Shown here piece after piece: positions 1 to 9,123 of a stretch of DNA of 64,000 nucleotides. The stretch is from an uncultured bacterium (GTDB lineage: Bacteria > Zixibacteria > MSB-5A5 > CAIYYT01): positions 231,844 to 295,843 of the forward strand of contig CAVSCK010000004.1 of the NCBI GenBank assembly GCA_963726455.1, given 5' to 3'. How positions within the stretch are numbered: the first letter of the stretch is position 1; each line of letters begins with the position of its first letter. The notes under the pieces were generated by a model. That model saw nothing but the letters and a program-made list of their open reading frames with translations. It was not told where the DNA came from and searched no databases. The position numbers and the translations under genes are program-made.

Positions 1-690
1 TTCGTCTCCGCAAGCGATACCAGGGGCATTTAGAAATTCGTTCACCAAGAACCCAAATTCACTGTATCGGCGACGGTGCAACTTACGTCGCGTTTTGTTA
101 CAGTGGACCAGATCGCTAGCCCGTCGCCGAAACGAAATCTTATTGGAACACGCAGAGCGTGCTCAGCAGAAGTACGTGCGATTTATGCTTTGGTTGGGAA
201 GTCGCTGGGGAAGTCTTACCTCGTTACGGAGATAGCGACTGCGAAATCACAGAATCCGGATTGCTTCGGTACTGGCAGCCGTTACGCTCTTTCCCGGGAT
301 GATCGCAATCCGAGCGTACAAGTCAAATCGACGAACTTAGCGAAACGAGGGGCCAGACGCTCATTAGACCCGTGGACTCGGAGGTCATTGTTTGCCAGCT
401 CAGGCACGGCTCAAACCTGCAACCCGGAGTTTGAAGATATTCTTGTCGTTTGAATAAAATTTTGGCTTTTATGGGAACATCGAATTCCCGAGTTTGTAAG
501 AAGGATTGAATACAGCAAGCGCAGTTATGGTTTATGCCATCTTATCAGGCGGGAGTAAAAATTGGCTATGTCTCTGTTCGCTGACCACGTACTGAGTATG
601 AGTGGAACAAGCGAAGCGGTTTCCGGTTGTAGAAATGGCCTCGTTTGGGAATTTGAGGCAAACCCGGTTTATGCTACATCAGGAGGTTGG

Positions 691-990
691 ATGGTGACAC
701 GCGAGACTGTAATCGAGACATTGAAAGACTGTTACGATCCGGAAATTCCGGTTAATATTGTTGACCTTGGGCTGGTGTATGACATTCGGATTGCGGATCA
801 CCGGTTGGAGGTTGATTTTACGGTGACGGCTCCGGGTTGTGGCATGGCGTATACGATCAAGGATGAAATCCACGCCAGACTGAGCGCGTTGGACGGCAAC
901 AGCGATGTCGTCGTAAACATCGTCTGGGAACCGGCTTGGACGCCGGACCGCATGTCGGAAGATGCCAAAAAGGCGCTTGGTTTTGGGTAG
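691..990 (+). CDS. DUF59 / MIP18-SufT-like Fe-S cluster assembly protein
   Basis: The 99-aa product is typical of the DUF59 family, which is about 100 aa and all-beta. An AGGAGG RBS at 680-685 precedes the internal ATG at 691. The 562 start in the ORF track would add an atypical 43-aa N-terminal extension, so 691 is preferred. Confidence 0.55.
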   Translation: MVTRETVIETLKDCYDPEIPVNIVDLGLVYDIRIADHRLEVDFTVTAPGCGMAYTIKDEIHARLSALDGNSDVVVNIVWEPAWTPDRMSEDAKKALGFG

Positions 991-1211
991 AAAATAGGAC
1001 TTGACAAAGAAGGAGGCAAAGAGTAGATTGATACTGAGTTCAGGGTGCCCTCTCCACCCATCTATTTAACGTATCTTTTTGGTTAGAAACAACATAGGAC
1101 CTTCCGGGAAATACCCGCGAGTGACTTGCTAAATTGACCATTTTGTTTTCTCAATTTATGGGTAACATAGCAGTCTGTTTTAACCTTAGCCCTGTGAGGG
1201 GGTGATTTTGG

Positions 1212-2066
1212 ATGAAGCGTTCAATCGCTCTTGCTCTCGCACTTCTTATGCTCGTTGTTCCCGCGATGGTTATGGCGAAGGATGCCGGCAATCGTGACGT
1301 TTTCAGAGTAGGCAAGGCGGAGTTTAGCTCCCCCACCGAGTTTACGGTGCCTCTCCAAGTGATTCATGATGAGGATCTAGCGGCGATGGATATCCCGCTT
1401 ACGTTCTCCAAGGGTGTTACTCTTGATAAGGTGACTTTCGAAGGTACCGCCGTGGCTGGTTTTGACGAGAAGATCGCCAAGATCGACAACGAGAAGAATC
1501 AGGTAGTGATCGGATTGATCGGCATGGTGTATTCCCTTAAACCGGAAGCCAACCTGAAGCCGGCGGCCAATGGTGACAACACCATTGCCGTACTGCATTT
1601 CACGCTGAATGACCAAAATCTCAAGTCGGTTGAGATTACGCCATTCACGAATGCAGCGCCGAAACACGAACTGATGTACGTTTATAACGAGTGGGCCAAT
1701 GACGTTCCGCACGTGCAGACTCTGAACCCGGATTTCCAGGGCGGCAGTATCGCTCTTGAATCACGGGCTCCGGGCGCCAATCTTCCGACGGACTTCGATC
1801 TGTCGCAGAACGTACCCAACCCGTTCAACCCCAGCACGCAGATTCAGTTTGCGCTGCCCAAGGACGCGCAGGTCAATCTGTCCGTTTACAACGTACTCGG
1901 ACAGCATGTCACGACTTTGGTCAATGACTTTATGCGCGCCGGCATGCAGACCGTTACCTGGGACGGTACTGATGCCTCCGGTACAACCGTAGCCTCGGGC
2001 GTGTACTTCTACAAGCTTCGCGCCGGTGATTTCACCGATACGAAGAAGATGCTGCTGCTCAAGTAA
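1212..2066 (+). CDS. secreted protein with cohesin-like domain and T9SS C-terminal sorting domain
   Basis: The N-terminal signal peptide is MKRSIALALALLMLVVPAMVMA. The last ~85 aa (NVPNPFNPSTQIQFALP...VYNVLGQ...SGVYFYKL) match the Por/T9SS C-terminal sorting domain pattern. The central region has a cohesin-like beta-sandwich pattern. A GAGGG RBS is present. Confidence 0.75.
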   Translation: MKRSIALALALLMLVVPAMVMAKDAGNRDVFRVGKAEFSSPTEFTVPLQVIHDEDLAAMDIPLTFSKGVTLDKVTFEGTAVAGFDEKIAKIDNEKNQVVIGLIGMVYSLKPEANLKPAANGDNTIAVLHFTLNDQNLKSVEITPFTNAAPKHELMYVYNEWANDVPHVQTLNPDFQGGSIALESRAPGANLPTDFDLSQNVPNPFNPSTQIQFALPKDAQVNLSVYNVLGQHVTTLVNDFMRAGMQTVTWDGTDASGTTVASGVYFYKLRAGDFTDTKKMLLLK

Positions 2067-2122
2067 TTGGTGATTGTTTGAGTAAAGGCAGGAAGTCTTA
2101 GCGAGACTTAATTAAAACCAAG

Positions 2123-2157
2123 ACGCCCCGTGGGAAAGCCCGCGGGGCGTTTTAATT
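2123..2157. terminator. rho-independent terminator (bidirectional, between convergent genes)
   Basis: The hairpin pairs acgccccg with cggggcgt, with inner ggg/ccc pairs. It is followed by a T-rich tract on the + strand and sits between the converging genes ending at 2066 (+) and 2199 (-). Confidence 0.6.
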
Positions 2158-2198
2158 TGTGTGGTCTCTGATGGCCCGCAATCGAAGCTATGATCGAC

Positions 2199-2759
2199 CT
2201 ACCAGAACCAGCCGATGTTGAAAGTCATCGAAAACACGTTCGACTGAAAGTGGTCGAAATTCTGAAATGACCATTGAGCCGAAGGCACCAACGCGAACTT
2301 GCGCATCAGGCGAAATTCCATGCCGGCGCCCAGCATTGCGCCAAATCCGGTCTCGGAATACTTCTGGTTGTAGAAGAACCCGCCAACCTCGACGTCGGCA
2401 CTGGCGAATCCGATTCCGCCCTTGATGAAGAATTTGGGCGATGGATAGTAAGTCAGGCAGGCGACGGTAGTAGAGATTGAACTCGTGACGTTGTCCTGTT
2501 GCTTCGTCCAGACGTTGGCATCAAGCCCGAGCAGCAGGTCACGCCGGAGCGCACCGCCGATAAAGAATACGCCGGCGCCGGAACCCTGCCGGTCAGTCGA
2601 AAGATTGGAGTTGTCGAAGTTGAGGCCAAGATTGCCATAGCCAAGACCGAAACCGATATAGAAACCGGTGTGGTCGGTCTTGGCGACTTTGGTGATGGCG
2701 GAAGCTGAGGCGCAAGACGCAATGATGAGCGCCAGAATCAATAACGTAGTTTTCCTCAT
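2199..2759 (-). CDS. outer-membrane beta-barrel protein (OmpW/OMP_b-brl-like)
   Basis: The signal peptide is MRKTTLLILALIIASCASASA. The sequence has alternating hydrophobic Gly/Tyr-rich beta strands and a C-terminal aromatic residue (…NIGWFW). The ATG at 2759 is preceded by a GAGGAGG RBS, and the longer 2813 start lacks one. Confidence 0.6.
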   Translation of the reverse strand: MRKTTLLILALIIASCASASAITKVAKTDHTGFYIGFGLGYGNLGLNFDNSNLSTDRQGSGAGVFFIGGALRRDLLLGLDANVWTKQQDNVTSSISTTVACLTYYPSPKFFIKGGIGFASADVEVGGFFYNQKYSETGFGAMLGAGMEFRLMRKFALVPSAQWSFQNFDHFQSNVFSMTFNIGWFW

Positions 2760-2866
2760 AATGTCCTCCTCATGACGAACCAATCTAGACTCGTCAAATC
2801 CGGTGTGCAACAACTTGAAGTATCAGAAAATAAGGGTGATCTTTTCGCAGAATTCGCGTCTTGAGA

Positions 2867-5128
2867 CTAAGCAGTTTGCAGTGTCAATTCTTGCAGCGCG
2901 TGCTCCAGCAGCTTCAACACGTTCTTCTTGCCGTCGGGGCCGACCTCAATTTCGGGGCCGACACAGGCGGGGCAACCGGACTTGCAGGAGCATTCTTTAA
3001 TCAGGTGTCCGGCGGCGCGGAAGACTTCAGGAGCGATACGAAACAGCTTGTTGGCATAGCCGACACCACCGGGGGCGCTTTCGTAAATGTAGATTGTCGG
3101 CTGCTCGGTGAATGAAGACTTCACCTGCGAGATCGACCTGATGTCGCGCGGATCGCACATCAACCAGAGGGGAGCAACTATGCCCAAGACGTTTGCCAAA
3201 CCGCGTAGCGAGGCGCCCAGATTTTCATGTCCGAAGCCGAGTTGTTCGCCGATGTCCTCTGTGAATTGGTACCAGAACGCCGTCGTATGCATCTCGATTT
3301 CCGGCAGCGAGAGTTTGCCAGAACCCACGTTTTCGTGCGTGTCGAACTTGATTTTCTTGAAGAGCACGGTGACGTTGGTGATCGAGACCTCGCCCCAGTT
3401 CAACGGACCTTCGTCCTGAATGGTCTCGAGAACTTTCAGGTCGGCCTTGGTTTCGGCGTCGGTGTAGTAATCGACCTTGTCTTCCTTGACATAGGCCTTC
3501 TTGCCCTCCCAGTCGAGTTTCATGACCTGATATTGATCGCCGAGGTGAATATAGATCGCTTCCGGATGAATCAGCATGGGCGCGGCGAAATAGTCAACCT
3601 CGCCGATGACGCGATTATTGTCGGAGGTGTTCAGGATCACAAAGTTCTCAGGTGAGGCAGACCGTAACGAAACCTCTGTCGCCGGATAAATTTCAGAAGA
3701 CCAGTGCCAGCGATCACCGGAAAAACGGAGAATTCCCTTGGATTGCAAGTACTCCAAAATCTCGTCGGTGGTTTCGACGCCGAATTTCTCGCCTTTCTGA
3801 AATGGCAGTTCAAACGCTGCGCATTTCAGGTGCGAGGTCAGAATCACGAAATTGCTCGGATCGATAATGCCCATTTCGGCAGGGGAACCGAAGAAGTAGT
3901 CCGGATTGTTGACGATATACTGATTAATCGCCGAACTGGAGGCGACCATAATCGAAACGCTGATGCCGCCTTTACGGCCGGCGCGTCCGGCTTGCTGCCG
4001 TGTCGAAGCCACGGTTCCGGGATAGCCCGTGATGATCGAGACGTCAAGAGAACCGATATCGATTCCCAATTCCAGGGCGTTAGTGGCCACGACTGCCGTG
4101 ACCGCCCCGGACTTTAGCCCCTGCTCGATAGCGCGCCGCTCGGTCGGCAGGTAGCCGCCGCGATAGCCCTCCACGCGTGCGTCTTTGCAGTCGCGCTTGA
4201 GATAAGTGAGAAGGATTTCAACCATCAGCCGATAGGGGGCGAAGACAATGGTTTGAATCTTGTTGCCGATGAATCGCTGCGCGATGCGCCCGGCTTCTTT
4301 GAGCGAGGATTTGCGAATGCCAAGCTGTTGATTGATCACCGGCGGATTGTAGAAGATGAAGTGTTTCTCGCCGGAAGGAGCGCCGTTCTTGTCGACGAGC
4401 GTCATGGGTCGGCCGGTGACCTGTTCGGCGAGTTCGCTGGGATTACGGATCGTTGCAGAACAGCAGATGAATTGCGGTGTCGAGCCATAGAATCGGCAAA
4501 TGCGGTCAAGACGCCGGATGACGTTGGCAAGATGAGAGCCAAATACGCCGCGATAGGTGTGGACCTCATCGATGACGATGAACTTCAAATTCTCGAACAG
4601 CTTGATCCATTTAGTGTGGTGAGGAAGTATCCCCGCATGCAGCATGTCGGGATTGGTTACGACGATGTGTCCGGCCTTGCGAATCTTGCGCCGTACTTCG
4701 GCGGGCGTGTCGCCGTCGAAAGTGAAAGTATTGATGTCCAGCTTGAGATCTTCAATGACGCCGTGCAGCTCGTGCATCTGATCCTGCGATAGCGCCTTGG
4801 TAGGGAAGAGGTAGAGCGCGCGCGTTTCCGGCTCGGCAATTGTTCTTGCCAGCACTGGAAGGTTGTAACAGAGAGTCTTGCCCGACGCGGTCGGAGTTAC
4901 GACCGTAACGTTTTCGCCGCGCTGGACGGCATTGAACACTTCGGCCTGATGCGAATAGAGTTTGTGAATGCCGCGCTTATTCAGCGATTCGCGCAACAAC
5001 GATGGGACAGTCGCAGGGAAATCAACGTAGACAGCAGGTTTCGGCGGATCGACATGCCACTCGGTGACGTTGCGCAGGAAGCTGTCGTCATTGCGAAGCT
5101 GATCGAGCACCTGCGAAACGGTCAGCAC
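2867..5128 (-). CDS. ATP-dependent DEAD/DEAH-box helicase, YprA/MrfA family with C-terminal DUF1998 zinc-finger domain
   Basis: The sequence carries a Walker A (TPTASGKT), a DExH box (VIDEVH), a helicase C-terminal domain, and a C-terminal four-Cys DUF1998 cluster (CSCKSGCPACVGP). Confidence 0.8.
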   Translation of the reverse strand: MLTVSQVLDQLRNDDSFLRNVTEWHVDPPKPAVYVDFPATVPSLLRESLNKRGIHKLYSHQAEVFNAVQRGENVTVVTPTASGKTLCYNLPVLARTIAEPETRALYLFPTKALSQDQMHELHGVIEDLKLDINTFTFDGDTPAEVRRKIRKAGHIVVTNPDMLHAGILPHHTKWIKLFENLKFIVIDEVHTYRGVFGSHLANVIRRLDRICRFYGSTPQFICCSATIRNPSELAEQVTGRPMTLVDKNGAPSGEKHFIFYNPPVINQQLGIRKSSLKEAGRIAQRFIGNKIQTIVFAPYRLMVEILLTYLKRDCKDARVEGYRGGYLPTERRAIEQGLKSGAVTAVVATNALELGIDIGSLDVSIITGYPGTVASTRQQAGRAGRKGGISVSIMVASSSAINQYIVNNPDYFFGSPAEMGIIDPSNFVILTSHLKCAAFELPFQKGEKFGVETTDEILEYLQSKGILRFSGDRWHWSSEIYPATEVSLRSASPENFVILNTSDNNRVIGEVDYFAAPMLIHPEAIYIHLGDQYQVMKLDWEGKKAYVKEDKVDYYTDAETKADLKVLETIQDEGPLNWGEVSITNVTVLFKKIKFDTHENVGSGKLSLPEIEMHTTAFWYQFTEDIGEQLGFGHENLGASLRGLANVLGIVAPLWLMCDPRDIRSISQVKSSFTEQPTIYIYESAPGGVGYANKLFRIAPEVFRAAGHLIKECSCKSGCPACVGPEIEVGPDGKKNVLKLLEHALQELTLQTA

Positions 5129-5129
5129 G

Positions 5130-5672
5130 TTACATTACCTTCATGTAGGTTCGGCGGCAGATGTCGCAGAATTTTTCCGATTTCTGGTCGATGTCAAACA
5201 TGTCGTCGGAGTTGAACATCACGCATTTGGGATTGCGGCAGAATGGAATGGAAAAAAGCGCTCCCACCACGCGAGTAGCTTCCTTTACCAGCCGCCCATA
5301 GATCATTTTCTCGTCATCGGGAAGGCCGTAGAACTGCTGTTTGAGGTGATGTAACGACACGAGCGCAGTGCCGCCGACGGCGTCGACGTCGGATACCAGC
5401 ACATGATGGCGGGCGTTGTATATGTCGTCCTCGATGATGCCCAGGATTCTTTCTTTTTCGGTTGCCTTGAGCAACTCCATTTTTTGCAGAATCATAGTCG
5501 AGAAGTATTGGCCTTTGATCAGATCGTAGGCCTCGTTGGGAATCTTGATGCCCTGCAGAATGTCGACCGAATGACCAAAACGGCTGGACAGAGTGGTCGA
5601 CAGCTTGTTAATCTGGAAGTAGTCGACATCTCCCAACGGTACGATCACTATTTTTGCGCGATGCCGTTTCAT
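5130..5672 (-). CDS. archaemetzincin (peptidase M54)-like protein lacking the HEXXH catalytic motif; C-terminal Cys4 zinc ribbon retained
   Basis: The N-terminal IVIVPLGDVD resembles the Amz N-terminus, and the C-terminal C-x4-C-x-M-x16-C-x2-C matches the M54 signature. The position expected for HEXXHXXGxxxHC instead reads KEATRVVGALFSIPFC. Its stop lies 1 nt upstream of the helicase start, which indicates translational coupling. Confidence 0.5.
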   Translation of the reverse strand: MKRHRAKIVIVPLGDVDYFQINKLSTTLSSRFGHSVDILQGIKIPNEAYDLIKGQYFSTMILQKMELLKATEKERILGIIEDDIYNARHHVLVSDVDAVGGTALVSLHHLKQQFYGLPDDEKMIYGRLVKEATRVVGALFSIPFCRNPKCVMFNSDDMFDIDQKSEKFCDICRRTYMKVM

Positions 5673-5852
5673 CTTATTTCAAAAAACCTCGCGTCGATGC
5701 CATCCGGCGATATCTTTATTCTTATGGGCGCCGCACAACGAGGGCACCAGCCGACAAAGGCAGTCTTCTGTTTGTTCAGATAGATGCGGCTGTAGACCTT
5801 GCAGCACTTAAACATGACGCCGATAAAGGGCCTGTTGGTTTTCGGTTCCATA

Positions 5853-7157
5853 TCACAATCGTCTTAGAATCAGTCGTTCGGGCCTTGGTGGCTGATCGGA
5901 GAAAGTAAGACAATCCATGAAGTCGCGCTCGAATCCGGCCAACCTGGCTTTCTGCCTGCAATAGCCAATGGCCAAAGGTTCGCCCACCGCGATCTCATCA
6001 CCAATCTTGGCCACTAACTCTATGCCTGCCAACGGGTCAACCCGATCAGACAGAGACAGCCGGCCTGCTCCCAGACGTCCTGCCAGGAAGCCGAGCCGGT
6101 CAGTAGCCATGGCTGCAATGTATCCACCAGTCGGCGATTTGACAACCGATTTGTGGGCACGTTGAAGTAACTTGTCAGCAGTCTCCAGGGACGCAGTTGC
6201 TCCGCCGCAGCTTGAGACATAACGGCAGAAAGTCTCGTATGGTCTGCCTGATTTCAGTTCCTGACGAAGACTCCTTTTCCCAACCTTGGCGTCCTTTTCG
6301 ATTCCAGCCAATGCGAGCATCTCGGATGCAAGATCCAAGGTAAGTGAGATAGTGTCGGCCGGTCCCGCGCCACGGAGTACATCGATGGTCTCTTTGATTT
6401 CCAGGAAATTGCCGATCATGTTACCGGTCGGCTGATTCATGTTCGAGATCACAGCGCGTGCCGGAAGGCCATTTCGTTTTGACACCGCCAGGAGCGCTTC
6501 GGCCAATTGGCGCGACCGCGGCAGTGTCTTCATGAAAGCGCCCGAGCCGGTTTTGACGTCAAAGAGGATGCCGTTCGATTTGAGCGCGAGCTTTTTCGAC
6601 ATGATGCTCGCGACAATCAAAGGTATCGACTCGACCGTGCCGGTGGCGTCGCGGAGGGCATAGATCTTCTTGTCGGCAGGAGCGATTTTGTCGGTCTGGC
6701 CGGTGACAGCGAAATGGTGTTTCTTGAGTAATCGAGTGAATTCGGCACGGGAATGGAATACCCTCATTCCGGGAATGGATTCCAGTTTGTCGAGCGTGCC
6801 GCCGGTGTGTCCGAGACCTCGACCGGAAAACATGCCGACAGCAACACCGCAATTCGCGAGGAGAGGCCCGATCGTAAGAGATAGTTTGTCGCCGACGCCG
6901 CCGGTGGAATGCTTATCCAACAGCGGTCGATCAAGGCCCGGAACACTGATAGTCTCGCCGGAATGAAGCATGGCGCCGGTTAGGGCAGAGGTTTCAGCGT
7001 CTGACAGCCCTCGGATAAAGGCCGCCATCAGGAATGCAGACATTTGGTAATCGGAGATCTTGCCCCCGGTGTATTGCTTGACGAGTGAAGTGATTTCCTC
7101 GTCGGTCAGGTTCCCCCCATCACGTTTGGTGGCGATAAGTTCATAAGTACTCTTCAT
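5853..7157 (-). CDS. pdp: pyrimidine-nucleoside (thymidine) phosphorylase
   Basis: The sequence shows strong family conservation (MKSTYELIATKRDGG…, SGRGLGHTGGTLDKLE). The start is set at the internal ATG at 7157, because the upstream extension is Arg-rich and overlaps deoC. Confidence 0.85.
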   Translation of the reverse strand: MKSTYELIATKRDGGNLTDEEITSLVKQYTGGKISDYQMSAFLMAAFIRGLSDAETSALTGAMLHSGETISVPGLDRPLLDKHSTGGVGDKLSLTIGPLLANCGVAVGMFSGRGLGHTGGTLDKLESIPGMRVFHSRAEFTRLLKKHHFAVTGQTDKIAPADKKIYALRDATGTVESIPLIVASIMSKKLALKSNGILFDVKTGSGAFMKTLPRSRQLAEALLAVSKRNGLPARAVISNMNQPTGNMIGNFLEIKETIDVLRGAGPADTISLTLDLASEMLALAGIEKDAKVGKRSLRQELKSGRPYETFCRYVSSCGGATASLETADKLLQRAHKSVVKSPTGGYIAAMATDRLGFLAGRLGAGRLSLSDRVDPLAGIELVAKIGDEIAVGEPLAIGYCRQKARLAGFERDFMDCLTFSDQPPRPERLILRRL

Positions 7158-7867
7158 TTTCGATTCAGTAGTTCCTCTATGATTTGTGCCCCTGAGGATG
7201 TGCCAATACGGGAGGCGCCTGCCTCGATAAAGGCGAGTGTTTGTTGGAGACTGCGAATGCCGCCGGAGGCCTTGACGCCGATTTTGCGGCCGACAGTCTC
7301 GAATAGAAGCATGACGTCGGCGATAGTGGCCTGACCGAACATGCCGGTCGAGGTTTTCACGAAGTCGGCGCCGCAATCGACGCAAAGATTGGCGGCCTTG
7401 ATCTTTTCGTCACGGGTCAAAAGCGAACATTCCAATATAACTTTCATCGTGGTGTTGTGGGATAGCGCCTTGCGAACACCGGCGATATCGCGCTCGACCA
7501 GGCCGTAGTCGCCCGACTTGATGGCGCCCACATTGGCTACCATGTCGATCTCATCGGCGCCATGATTTTCATTCTCCTGCGCCTCGTATATTTTGACCTC
7601 GGTGGTGGTCGCGCCGAGAGGGAATCCGGCAACGCTGCCTAGCTTCACATCCGTGCCGTCGAGAAAGTGACGGCTGTACTTGACATACGCCGGGTTGACA
7701 AAGACTGCTTTGTAGTGGTAGCGTACGGCTTCCTCGCAGAGCTTCTCGACATTCTCAGTGGTCGTTTCGGTCTTTAATAGTGCAGCGTCAAAGTAACTGG
7801 CAAGATCAATATCCCCCCTCATCCGGGAGTGGGATTTCTCCCGGTCTTTGTCATCAGGCACAAACAT
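7154..7867 (-). CDS. deoC: deoxyribose-phosphate aldolase
   Basis: The DeoC fold is indicated by a conserved Lys-containing motif (FVKTSTG) and by ASGGIR. The stop overlaps the pdp start. The true start may be the internal Met at about 7822. Confidence 0.85.
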   Translation of the reverse strand: MFVPDDKDREKSHSRMRGDIDLASYFDAALLKTETTTENVEKLCEEAVRYHYKAVFVNPAYVKYSRHFLDGTDVKLGSVAGFPLGATTTEVKIYEAQENENHGADEIDMVANVGAIKSGDYGLVERDIAGVRKALSHNTTMKVILECSLLTRDEKIKAANLCVDCGADFVKTSTGMFGQATIADVMLLFETVGRKIGVKASGGIRSLQQTLAFIEAGASRIGTSSGAQIIEELLNRK

Positions 7868-7917
7868 ACTCCTTCCGGCCCCGCTTCCTAAATTACGATT
7901 TCAAAGTCCGGCAGACA

Positions 7918-8307
7918 TCACTTTTTTGGAGCGAACGGTTTGGGGTAGAGTTTCTTGAGTGTCGTCTTGCTGATTTCACCCTTGTTGTTGACCAGTAGAA
8001 TCTTAAGATCCGTACAGAATTCCGACAAGACCTGACGGCACGCCCCGCAGGGAGTGATGTGATCTCCATTTGGCGAGGCCACGGCCAGCCGGGTAAATGA
8101 TGTCTTGCCCTCGGCAACTGCGGTAAACACAGCGACTCTTTCCGCGCAGACGGTAACGCCATACGAGCGATTTTCGATATTCGTTCCGGTAAAGACTTCA
8201 TCATTGGCGATCAGTGCGGCGCCGACACGGAAGTGCGAATAGGGTGAGTGCGAATGTTCGGCAGCAGCCAGCGCAATTTGGGCGAGATCTTTGTCGGTTA
8301 GTTTCAT
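7918..8307 (-). CDS. cdd: cytidine deaminase
   Basis: Zinc-binding CAER...PCGACRQ motifs are present, and the 129-aa length is typical. Confidence 0.9.
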   Translation of the reverse strand: MKLTDKDLAQIALAAAEHSHSPYSHFRVGAALIANDEVFTGTNIENRSYGVTVCAERVAVFTAVAEGKTSFTRLAVASPNGDHITPCGACRQVLSEFCTDLKILLVNNKGEISKTTLKKLYPKPFAPKK

Positions 8308-8314
8308 AGTTCAC

Positions 8315-9070
8315 CTATAATCGAGATTTGTCGGGTAATTGTCGTTTGTAGGCGGTGTAGAAAACACGCCCAGTGTTTCTCAAGGATTGCCCTTCTCTGG
8401 CAGGCGCCGCTTCGATATCGCGGAAGCCGGCACGCTTCAGACTGGACATGACATATTGGTGCGGATAGCATTTCTCGTAGAAAGTTTCTTTGAAGCGATC
8501 TCGTTTTCCGCCGGCCAATTCCACAAAGCCGTTGATCGTCACCGAGGCAAGACGGGTGTGGCGATCGTAGGAGCCCTTCATCAAGACGGCATGTTTGCCG
8601 CGCTCACTAAAAAGAACGGCGTCCCAGCGATGGAGACCGACGGCGGTGTTGACGTCGAAAATGAAAAAGCCGCCCGGTTTGAGATGGCGGGCTGCGTGAC
8701 CGATGAAATTCTCGAAACCTTTCTCAGTCAGAATGTGATTCGCGGCATCAAAGAAACAGCCGACGGCATCGAACTGGCGGTGCAGATTGAATTTGGTCAT
8801 GTCGCGCTTAACGAAGTGCGGTTTGGCCCTTCCCTTGAAGAGCCGGAGTCGTTGCTGCGCCATCTTCAGCATGTCGGGGGACTTATCGAGGCCGACGACT
8901 TCTATGCCCAGTCGCGAAACTGTGAAAGCCAGCGAGCCGGTGCCACAGGCCAAATCGAGATAGGATTTGCTGCGGTGTTTCTGCAAGAGCGGTTTGAGAC
9001 GTGGCCAGGCGACATCGTGGAATTCATGCCAGCCGAGCAGATCGTAATATTTGGCAATGCTCTTGTACAT
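8315..9070 (-). CDS. class I SAM-dependent methyltransferase
   Basis: The glycine-rich SAM-binding motif LDLACGTGSLA is present and the protein resembles UbiE/COQ5. Confidence 0.7.
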   Translation of the reverse strand: MYKSIAKYYDLLGWHEFHDVAWPRLKPLLQKHRSKSYLDLACGTGSLAFTVSRLGIEVVGLDKSPDMLKMAQQRLRLFKGRAKPHFVKRDMTKFNLHRQFDAVGCFFDAANHILTEKGFENFIGHAARHLKPGGFFIFDVNTAVGLHRWDAVLFSERGKHAVLMKGSYDRHTRLASVTINGFVELAGGKRDRFKETFYEKCYPHQYVMSSLKRAGFRDIEAAPAREGQSLRNTGRVFYTAYKRQLPDKSRL

Positions 9071-9123
9071 GGCGTGAGGATATAGATTTGTTGCCGGTTA
9101 CAAAACAGTTTGTTGATAATGCA

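Noticed and set aside
76-453. ORF-track 125-aa ORF at the window start
   Set aside because: The product is Arg/Ser-rich with few hydrophobic residues and has no recognisable motif. It is treated as probably non-coding; see the finding for 1-561.
3108-4792. Several 100-180-aa ORFs on the + strand (3108-3419, 3227-3655, 3704-4117, 4253-4792)
   Set aside because: They lie antisense inside the well-supported helicase gene and have no RBS or domain signal. They are shadow ORFs.
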